Assembly: GCA_041748615.1 (NCBI GenBank)
Contig: JBGTCY010000177.1
Location: forward strand, 2,109-66,108
Direction: 5' to 3'
From: Chitinophagales bacterium
GTDB lineage: Bacteria; Bacteroidota; Bacteroidia; Chitinophagales; CAIOSU01
Length of the DNA: 64,000 nt
The notes under the pieces are model-generated. The model had not been told where the DNA came from, searched no databases, and saw only the letters and a program-made list of their open reading frames with translations. Below, one piece after another: positions 1 to 9,400 of this stretch (position 1 is the stretch's first letter; every line of letters starts with the position of its first letter). The translations under genes and the position numbers were made by a program.

Positions 1-228
1 GAAATGAAATTCAGCTTCCTGATGAACGCCTTTGAATTCGGTGCGCCTCCGCATGGCGGCATCGCCTTTGGGTTTGACCGCCTTTGCGCCATGTTTGGCG
101 GCAGCGAATCTATTCGTGATTTCATTGCCTTCCCGAAAAACAACTCCGGACGCGACATGATGATTGACGCTCCATCACCGATTAGCGATGAGCAGTTGAA
201 GGAGTTGAATCTGAAGGTGACGTTGTAA
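1..228 (+). CDS. aspS: Aspartate--tRNA ligase, C-terminal end (the 5' part lies left of the window)
   Basis: The frame is open from nt 1. The translation ...[24 protein letters not shown]...FPKN is the class-II aaRS motif-3 region and matches the AspRS C-terminus. Confidence 0.85.
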   Translation, partial: EMKFSFLMNAFEFGAPPHGGIAFGFDRLCAMFGGSESIRDFIAFPKNNSGRDMMIDAPSPISDEQLKELNLKVTL

Positions 229-306
229 AAATTATTCTCCCAGCCTCTGAATTTATGAACTATTGTTAAGGGGGAATTTAAATTTAAGCGGAACCTGATT
301 TCAGGA

Positions 307-942
307 TTAATCCGCTCTTTTTTCTCTTGCATAAAAATATGCCACCTTATTCGCCACATCATCATACGTCACCACCTCTTTGTCTTTGTGAAATTCAAAA
401 TAACTCATCAATGCAAAATCACCGGAACAAAAAGCGGAGTGCGTGAGTAAAGTGCCTAAAGCGATGTAGAAATAATTACCGGGCAGAAATAGTAGCGCTG
501 ATAAACAAACCAATGAAATCACCGCGAATGGCGCAATCGCCACATTCAAAAATTCCTTTTTGCTTGCAACAAATTTATCCGCCAAAGCCATGAAAATGAA
601 TTTTTTAAGATTCACGTCATAGCTGGTATTTTTTGCTCCTTGCGAGCGGTAAGCCAAAACATGAATGTATTCATGCAGCGGTAGCAATGCAAACGCAACT
701 GCAAGTCCGATGGATAAATGTGTAATAGCGCTATCCAAACTTCTGTTGCCTTCGGATTGAACAAGCAAAACCAATTTTACAACAATGACAAACAGTAGCA
801 ACAGATTGATTCCGAGATAAGCGAAGGAAAAAAATGTTTTCTCTTTCAGATATTTTCTGACGAATGGCAGCAGGTCGTCAAGCTCTAATTTATCGAGCAA
901 TAAATATCCATTATTCTCTAAATCTCTGGGAAGAAGTTTCAC
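307..942 (-). CDS. Membrane-embedded putative zincin metallopeptidase (DUF3267-like)
   Basis: A 211-aa ORF with several hydrophobic helices and an HExxH motif (LHEYIHVLAY). The family assignment is from memory of the DUF3267 architecture. Confidence 0.6.
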   Translation of the reverse strand: MKLLPRDLENNGYLLLDKLELDDLLPFVRKYLKEKTFFSFAYLGINLLLLFVIVVKLVLLVQSEGNRSLDSAITHLSIGLAVAFALLPLHEYIHVLAYRSQGAKNTSYDVNLKKFIFMALADKFVASKKEFLNVAIAPFAVISLVCLSALLFLPGNYFYIALGTLLTHSAFCSGDFALMSYFEFHKDKEVVTYDDVANKVAYFYAREKRAD

Positions 943-989
943 TAAAGCGCAAACAGAATAAACCTTTCAAAGTTTTTACTCACCTTAAA

Positions 990-1694
990 TCAATAATACT
1001 TCCTGTCCCTGTAAGGAAACCTCCGCACAAACTGCCGAGACATCATTTTCACTACTTCATCCACCGGCTGGTCCCATTCGGCATCATACGTTCTGTCAAT
1101 ACCCCACATCACCAATCCGTTGGAGCTTTCGAGCAGTTGGGTAGAGGCTTTCACGCGGTAGGTGCGACTGAGGTTCGCGCCATCGGTGGGAAGGGGAATG
1201 CCCCCTGTCGGAATTTTCGTTTTCAGAATTTCGAGAATATCTTCCGCTACGCTGATGCCGTAAGAGGCGAAGTCGCTCATGAAACGGTCTTTGTGAATGT
1301 AGCCGCGCACTACGGCATCCACACCCAGAATTTTGCAAAGTTCTTCAGGATTTTTACTCCAGGATTGGCGCACACTCACCCCGGCAGCTTCCAGCATCTG
1401 GTTGGTTTTGTTCAGCGCCTGCATATCAATTTTGATATTCTTTTTTCCAAGCCCGGAACTGCGAATGATTTCGTCATAAATATCTTTCTGGAACGCGTAG
1501 CTTTCCGCCACTTCCAATTTTTCCGCTTCAGCCTGTGTCATCTTTTCGGGCAACCTTCCCGTGTAGCGCGATTCGGGGGGTATGATGGCAATCACTCTGT
1601 GTTTTGGACTGTACTTTTTGTATGCCGGCAATAAGTGTTTATTGGAGCATCCGCTAGTAATGATGATGATAAGCAGGAAGGGTAAAAACCGCAT
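990..1694 (-). CDS. Hypothetical lipoprotein
   Basis: The track ORF is 990..1805. The internal ATG at 1694 gives MRFLPFLLIIIITSGCS, a signal peptide with a lipobox Cys, so I prefer that start. Confidence 0.6.
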   Translation of the reverse strand: MRFLPFLLIIIITSGCSNKHLLPAYKKYSPKHRVIAIIPPESRYTGRLPEKMTQAEAEKLEVAESYAFQKDIYDEIIRSSGLGKKNIKIDMQALNKTNQMLEAAGVSVRQSWSKNPEELCKILGVDAVVRGYIHKDRFMSDFASYGISVAEDILEILKTKIPTGGIPLPTDGANLSRTYRVKASTQLLESSNGLVMWGIDRTYDAEWDQPVDEVVKMMSRQFVRRFPYRDRKYY

Positions 1695-1815
1695 GGTTGA
1701 ATTTTTTTCAATAATACAAAGATTTTGGCATTGCAAGAAATGTGCGTTTAATTTTTTTCTGAAAAGGGTTTCTTCCTGTGCGGTTAATTGATTACATTTA
1801 TACATGAATTTACAA

Positions 1816-1840
1816 ATTCCATCTCTTGAAGTGATGGAAT
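1816..1840. repeat. Short hairpin repeat (ATTCCATC-N9-GATGGAAT), related to the hairpin at 3411-3443
   Basis: It has an 8-bp perfect stem. The core ATTCCATCTCTTGAAG-GATG-AAT recurs at 3415-3440. Confidence 0.6.
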
Positions 1841-2030
1841 CTGTTCACTTCTATGAAATCTTCCTTTCATCCCCACTTTCAACACCTGCTGATAATTTCA
1901 GTCAGCCTGTTGCCGCTTTCCGTTTTCGCTCAGCTTTCAGCGAATTTCAGTTTCAGCGTCAGTTGTGATAAAACAGTGACGTTCACTAACAATCAGCCTG
2001 ATTTTTTCATTTGGAAATATTGCGGTTGAT

Positions 2031-3407
2031 TTGGGAAATGACACCGGATTTTGCGCGGGAGAAAATTTAATTCTTGATGCGGGAAGCGGTTATACTTATT
2101 TATGGAATGACAACTCGAATACTTCCACATTGCTCGTTGATTCCTCCGGCATTTATTGGGTGGAAGCGACCGACACGAATGGTTGCAACGGACGCGACAG
2201 CATCACGATTACAGTTTTTCCATTGCCGATAGTTGCTTTACCTGACGATACAAGCATTTGCAGTTCACAAGATTTTTTATTGGATGCGGGAAGCGGATTT
2301 GTTGTGTATCAATGGAGTGATAGTTCGTTCTCTCAAACATTACTTGCATCAACTTCGGGAGATTACAGCGTAACGGTAACGGATGCCAACGGATGTCAGG
2401 ACAATGATTCCATCCATCTGTTTTTCAGTCAAACTTTAAATGCGGTGCTGGTCTCTCCTGATACCGCGATTTGCGAAGATGAAACCGTGCAGTTGTGGGC
2501 GCTCGGAGGAGTGAGTTACAGTTGGCTGCCGGATGCGACATTAGATAATCCCGCTTCTGGACAACCCATCGCTTCACCGCAAATCACTACAACTTATTTT
2601 GTTACAACTTATGACTCGCTCGGTTGTTCAAAAACGGATTCAGTGCGTATCACGGTACTTCCGAAAATTGTCGCGCAAGCGTTGGCGGATACAATCGTCT
2701 GCGCGGGAGAATCATTGCAATTATCTGCCAATGGCGGAACGGATTATTTCTGGTTTCCATCATCGGGTTTGAGTTGTGTCAGTTGTCCAACTCCGCTCGT
2801 GTCACCGGAAAATACAACACTCTATTCAGTCGCGGTGTCACAACCCGGAGCTTGCAATTCCGATACGGCAACCGTTACCGTCAGTGTGCGTCCGCTTCCC
2901 GAACCCGGATTGGATTCAATTATTACGCTCACTGCCGGAACGGGAATTTTGTTAACGCCTAACTCCGATATGATATCCTATCAATGGTCGCCTCCGTTCG
3001 GACTGAATTGTAATGATTGCGGGCAACCTTTCGCATCACCCGATGCAACCACGCTTTATTTACTCACCATTACGGATTCATTCCACTGCTCCGCCTCCAA
3101 AGAAATCCTCATCAATGTATTGAACGACTGCGACAGCCGCCTCACCATTCCGAGCGCGTTTTCTCCCAACGGTGACGGCATCAATGACATTTTCAGGGTG
3201 ATTCATCGCGGAGAGATTGAACAATTTGATTTCAAAGTATTCAACCGCTGGGGCGAATTGGTTTTCGAAACCACCAATCCCAACGATGGCTGGGACGGCT
3301 ACCACAAAGGCAGCTTGCAGGAATTAGCGGTGTATGCCTATTATGTCCGCCATCTTTGCTCCGGCAAAGAGCGAACGATTATCGGGAATGTGACACTGGT
3401 GCATTGA
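2031..3407 (+). CDS. T9SS type-B C-terminal-domain (gliding-motility CTD) cargo protein with Cys-containing Ig-like repeats. It is probably the 3' part of a frameshifted gene that starts at 1853.
   Basis: The C-terminus IPSAFSPNGDGINDIFRV...FKVFNRWGELVFE...WDGY is the CHU_C/type-B sorting domain. The ORF has only a TTG start and no signal peptide. A signal-peptide ORF in another frame lies immediately upstream (see findings). Confidence 0.8.
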   Translation: MGNDTGFCAGENLILDAGSGYTYLWNDNSNTSTLLVDSSGIYWVEATDTNGCNGRDSITITVFPLPIVALPDDTSICSSQDFLLDAGSGFVVYQWSDSSFSQTLLASTSGDYSVTVTDANGCQDNDSIHLFFSQTLNAVLVSPDTAICEDETVQLWALGGVSYSWLPDATLDNPASGQPIASPQITTTYFVTTYDSLGCSKTDSVRITVLPKIVAQALADTIVCAGESLQLSANGGTDYFWFPSSGLSCVSCPTPLVSPENTTLYSVAVSQPGACNSDTATVTVSVRPLPEPGLDSIITLTAGTGILLTPNSDMISYQWSPPFGLNCNDCGQPFASPDATTLYLLTITDSFHCSASKEILINVLNDCDSRLTIPSAFSPNGDGINDIFRVIHRGEIEQFDFKVFNRWGELVFETTNPNDGWDGYHKGSLQELAVYAYYVRHLCSGKERTIIGNVTLVH

Positions 3408-3410
3408 GCA

Positions 3411-3443
3411 ACGGATTCCATCTCTTGAAGCGATGAAATCCGT
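3411..3443. terminator. Hairpin between convergent genes, a candidate bidirectional terminator
   Basis: ACGGATTCCATC-tcttgaagc-GATGAAATCCGT pairs at 11 of 12 stem positions. It lies between the stop of the + gene (3407) and the stop of sprA (3452), followed by an AT-rich tract. Confidence 0.5.
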
Positions 3444-3451
3444 ATTTATTA

Positions 3452-6400
3452 TTATGGCGTCAAAGCAAACCTCAGTGTAATCCCCGCTTTCGTGTTGGTA
3501 ATCGGGAAAGAAGCGGAAGTGGCGGGGATGGAACGGTTGCGGTCGAAGAAGATGCGGATGTTCATGCGGTTGTTAATGACATAGTCAATCGTGGGGGAAA
3601 CGCGAATGGTTTTCATACCGCGCGTGGGTTCGCTGATTTCCTGGTCGAGCCGCTGATTGACGGTGACGTTGTCGCGGAACGACATGTCGAACCGGAAGTT
3701 GATTTCATTGGGCAGTTTGCGTGTTTTACCTTTGATTTTGATGGGCAGCGTCAATCCTTTCAAGCGGTAGCCCAGGCCCACCGTTACTTCGGTGGTGCGC
3801 GATTCGCTCAACTGGTAATCCACCAATCCCATGCTGAGGTTGCGCGTTTTGCGGTAATCGAATTTGGTGGTCAGCCCGTTTTTAAACATCACATCAATGC
3901 CAATCAGCGGAGAAAGCTGTTCGGTAATCACTACCATCGGGATGCTGTAGAGCGGGATAAAATTGTTCGACAGCGAATCAAATGCCGAAGGCAGGAAATA
4001 CCCATCGCCTTCATAAAACAAGTTTGAAATGTAACTGCTCACCGTGTAGGTGGAACTGTAACCATGCGTGATGTTGAAACTGTTCACCACTTTTTTCATA
4101 AAAGGCAGATTGCTCAATCCGGTATAGGTCAACCGCCAGTTGGGCAGCGGGAAAACATCAAACGGGTCGAGTTTAACTTCATTCGGGTCTTTTCCGGTAT
4201 AGGCAGCAACGAAAGATGGAATTATCACATCGGGGTTATAAGGTCCGTATCCATCGCGGTAGCGGTTGAAGTCAACACTGCTTGTGTCTGTTGGCAGCCT
4301 GAACGCTCCTTGTGAATTTGGATTATTTTGGGCAAGCCGGGATGAGATTACACTCCGGTTGACATCCTGCAATTCTCGAAATGCCTCTGTAAAACCCGAT
4401 TCGTCACCCTTTTTAAATAATGTTTTAATCGCGATATAAGAAACCGAATAGGAACCGGTAGAAGTAGGCGTGAGATGGTCAAAAGGCGTATTCGTGAATT
4501 GCTTTTTGAATAATTCCTGATAATTCTCTGACGTGGTGCGGTCGAGCGTCAGGTCTATCCGCATATCTCTGAACGGCTCTACCACGCCTTTTACATTGAT
4601 GTTTCTGCTCACAAACTGCATCACCTGCAGGTTGAGATTAGTATCCGCTGTAATCCATCCTTTGGAAGCCGCATCGTCTAACCATTTACTATCGGGCTGA
4701 TATCCAAATACAAAATCCCATCCCGGACTGCTGAAGCCGGGCGACATGCCGAGCAGTTGAGTGTTCGGCAGATATCCTGGAACGCTGCTGCCTTTGTTTT
4801 GGCTGTAGGTAATTGAAATCCTCTTGAGACTGATGAAAGGACGCACCAATGGAGAAACAGCGGGACTTTCGGGTTTTTGAATCTTTGCCTTATCCGATTT
4901 TAATTTTTTAATTCGTTCTTTCTTTGTTTTGATTTCTTTTTTCTTTGTTTTGATTTGTTCTTTTTTATCGGGGATGGTATCCTGTTTCAGCTTTTTGATT
5001 TCTTCTTTCAGCTTTTCAATTTCGAGCCGCGCTTTGTCAATGTCCTTGTCAATTTTTTCTTTGCGCTTCTCGTTTTCCGTTATTTTCTTTTCCCGCTCGC
5101 CTTTTTTCCAATCAGCTTCCGTGCGCGCGCGGGTCGAGTTATAGGGTTTCAGCAGTTTGAACTTGTCATAAAAATTCTTAAAGTTCAATTCTCCATTGGC
5201 GCGAATGTCTTGCGTGTTATTGATGACGTTGCCCAACGGGTTGGGTATAATCGTATTGGTATTGATGTCGCGGTAAAGCGCACCTGTTGTCCAGGCGTAT
5301 GATGAGGTGTAGCCGCCCCTCACCTGAATCCAGTCAATAATCGGGATTTTATTGAGCGGGGCGTTGTAGTTGGCGCTGAAATTATGCATGTAGCGGGTGG
5401 TTCTTCCGAAAGACGAAATGTTGGTCCACAAAGAATCTTTTGTTCCATCATCCCGTGAAAGCTTGCCGGGCGGTTCGTCTATGGTCGCGTTGTTGATAGC
5501 GTTAAAATCCAGCGTGATGGAACGGGTGGGGTTAAACTTGATTCCGTAAATTCTATCCCACCGGAAAAACTTGTCATACGTATTTTCGGGCGGCAGCTCA
5601 TCAGCTATCACGCGCAGTTTTGTTTCGCCAAATTGCCGGTTCATGTCGGTGGAGAAAGCAAGATTGTTCGGAACAAAGTTGAGGTTGAAATCTTTAATGA
5701 GCGCTAAGTATTTGCTTTTGCTTTTGATGAGTTTTGCGAAGGGTGTAAAGTATTTTGCCTGCGGTGAAAAGTTGTAACCCAAGGAAGCCCTGTATTGCTG
5801 CAACACATCACTTTCAATAAATGCGGTACTGCGGGTGATATTGTTATAAGCGAAAGTCGCATTGAGATTAGAGGGATGGTAAAATCGGATTTTTTTATCG
5901 GTGCGCTGCGGCACAATGCGCACGTTGGTTAAGTTAAAGCTTTTGATGGTTTCGCGCATCTGCACCTGACGTTTGTAGTCGCGCCTTTCTTCTCCCAGAA
6001 AATTCAATTTATCATTGAGCGGAACATCCAATTCGTAGGGGTCAAACTCCGGAGTGCTGAATGTTTGCGAAATACCGGCATACATCGGCAGGCGCAAACC
6101 GAGTTTTTTCGGCAAAAATTTACTCAACTCGATATTGCCTGCAAGGTCATATTGCCACATATCATCGCGGAAGCGTTCCTGCACTTTTTGGTTGATTTGC
6201 CCGTAGCCCCGCGTGTGCATGCGGGTTGAAAACGTGATGCCGCCCAGGTCGGCTAATTTGGTTTCCATGCGCGCGAGGGCAGCCCAACCCCCTCGTTCAT
6301 CCAACCCCTCCAGCCGTAATTCATTAAACCACACTTCCACGCAAATCGGTCGCCCGTCATCGGTGGGTTCGCCCGCCACAATCTCCGCGCGAGGATTGCG

Positions 6401-9400
6401 CACGCCCAGCATGGCGGTTTTCACCAACCCCAAATCCGGGTTTCCGACCACGGTGTAGCGATTGCCCTTTTCATCACGGTAAACGAAGGGCGAGGTCGGG
6501 TCGGGATTGTTTGCCTGGTTGCGCAGCAGTTTCACTTTATACATGCTGTCCAGCGGAATATTGATTTCATTTTCGAGGGGCCAGACAATCCGCCTTTCAT
6601 CATCGCTTAATCCGTTGTAAATACCCTGAGGAGAAATCAACAGCGGAATTTCATATTCATAATAGTTATTGACAAAATCAGAGCCGAGCCGGATGAAGAC
6701 TCTTGCTTCTCCATCCCGAATCGGCTTGGAGTTGTCTAACACGGAACCGTGCACAAACATTTGCAGACGGTCATACACGCGCAGGTCAAGGTTGAGTGTT
6801 TTGAAAACAGCGCGGGCATCACCATCCGCCAAATCGCACACCAACACTTGCAGCGCCTGTTCGTTTTGCAACGCGGCAATATTCGTGCTGCTGAGATTGC
6901 GCACCCGTTCAATGCCGGGTGGTACCACATAATTCACCGGCTGTTTTTCGGAGTTTTCTTCAATGTTGACGGCAGATACGTTGAAAAAAGTAGAACTGCC
7001 TTCATCACCCGGAATGTATTCGCCCGGCTCTAACAGGGAAAACAAATAACGCCTCCATTGATTGCGCACTAATTCAAGCCGTGCAAAACGCAAAACGACC
7101 GGTTCTTCAAAGCCGGTCATGAACATGCGGATAAAACGAATGGAACGAAAATCGGGAATGTTGCCGACTTTTCTTTCATAATCATTAATCGGAATTTTAA
7201 ACTGAAACCAGTCCACCGTTTCGATATTTCCGTTTACCAGCCTCACGGTCGCGCTGATTTTATCAGTGATAAAACCATCGCCAATTTCCATTCCCGGAAA
7301 CATGGGAATTCGGTACTGAAAATATTCTTCATTTTCATTCAGCGTGAAATCGCGGTTGATATCTTCCGTGTCGGGGATGTTGGTTGCCGCTTCTGAAATG
7401 GTTTGTCCGGTTCCGGAAACCGGGGAGTTGCCCTGCGGGTTGTTGAACTTTTTATACCGTTCCAAAATAGTTAACTGCTGCTGGTCATAAGCATCACCAC
7501 GGTAGTAATGATAGTTGTCGCTGGAAGGGTCTTCGAAAATTCTTTGATAAGCATCCGGCTGCAAAAAGTTTTGAAGGTTGCTGAGAAAATCGCTGTGAAA
7601 TTCTCTTTCCACATCATCATTCAACCCATCTAATCCCAAATCCTGAAATTGGCGTTTGTTGAGGTCGTTATCAAAAGCATTTGTAATCGGTTGATTTCTG
7701 GGAACCACACCCCAGCGCGTTGTGTCCACCGGTACGTTGCTGCCCGGAGCCTGCAAACCGTTTTCAAAAAATTTACGGGAGTCTTTCAGAATGTCTTCTG
7801 AAATATTTCCAAGGTTGATATACAACTCGCCACCTCTTGAGGTATTGTCATAAATAAATGGGTCAAGCACCCAAAACTCGATAAACTCCGTGTTGGACGC
7901 TTCAAAGTCGGTATTATCAATCGCCCGCATGATTCCGCCCCAGCGGGTTTGCGGGTCTTTTAAAGAGCCATCGGGATTGACACCCCGCGAAATCCCCGGT
8001 AATCCGTTGGGGGTCGCTTCAAAATTGTAGGGACCTCTTTCTTCCGGATAGTAAGAGAGGTTGAACGTGAGAATATTGGTTGCCAAGCCCGGACTGAAAC
8101 GTGTTCTGTTGGGAAATACTTCCTGTTCATCCACTTCGCGCACGTAGTGATTGGATTGCTGGTCACGGTCATTGGCGATATGTTCCGGTGTCGCGCTGTT
8201 GTTGCGCAGGAAAAGCGGGTCAATGTTAAACCATGCCAATCGCGCTCTGTTGAAGCCATAGGGCAGTGAATCGGTCAACGCAGCTTCGGGAAACATGACG
8301 CGCCCGAAACGGTCAATCGCGCTGCGTGGTGTACTGGCAAGCACCCAGTTGGGAACAGGATAACGCAAATCATAACTGCTGCGCGTGCCTTCAAAATCAT
8401 CAATGTAAACCGTTCCTTCCTTACCGATGGCGCGCTGGTGACCGGGCTTCAGGTGTGCCATTTCACCCATGAGGGAAAAAGAAGAAGGCTCTTTGGTTTC
8501 ATAGAGTGGCAGTTTGTCCACGAGCCAGGTCAGGAATTGTGATTCTGTGTTGTAATTGGCATCCAATCCCAACTGCATGTTTTTAATCGGGTCGTCCCCG
8601 ATGTTCACTTTCTCCGTAAACGGACGCTCGCGCAAATGCAGTAAGGTGCCCCCGATATTCAACTTGGGGTTCACCCGGTAATCGAGCCTTGTGCCGAACA
8701 AGGTTTGCGTCTGAAAACCAAAGAGCGCGTTATTTTCATAAGACACGTTAATCGGCACACCCGAATTCAGAATACCTTCATTGATAATTTTTACTCTTCC
8801 CAACGAATAATCAATGGTGTAGTCCCTGCCTTCTTCCAATAATTGACCTCCGGCAGTTACCGTCACCGAACCTTGCGGCACATTGAACGCGCCTAATGAA
8901 ATTTCATTGGAAACCGCTGATTTGAAAGTTCCCTGCAACACAAAGCGGTTGAACTGCGGAAACTGTTGCGCAATCACACGGGTGGAGTCATATAATTGGT
9001 CATAAACATATTTATTGGCAAGATTATTTTCGCCTGCCTGGTCGAATTTTCTGCGCAAGTCGTCACCGAAAGGTTCCAGTACCGGGAAAATCACGCGCCC
9101 GTTTTGCGGGTTGATGGTGATCCCGGGCACAAAGTCAAACACACCGTCAGGCTGCGGGTCGCGCTGCGTGTTCAGACGGTCTAACTCCAACAGGCGAATC
9201 AGGGGAATGCCGCTCAACGCACCTTCCGGTATGTAACGCTTCACGCCACCGCCCGGGTCCTGATACACCACATTCAGGCGGAAATCTTCCTGATTCACCT
9301 GGAATGCGCCAATCGGGTAAATGTTTTTCATCATCAAATCCCAAATCGGCAATTTCGGGCGGGCGGAAGTGCCTTTCAGCAATTTCAAAAACACCACGTT

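Noticed and set aside
864-1634. 256-aa + strand ORF
   Set aside because: It lies almost entirely antisense to the lipoprotein gene (990-1694) and overlaps the DUF3267 gene. Its R/H/F-rich composition is typical of shadow ORFs.
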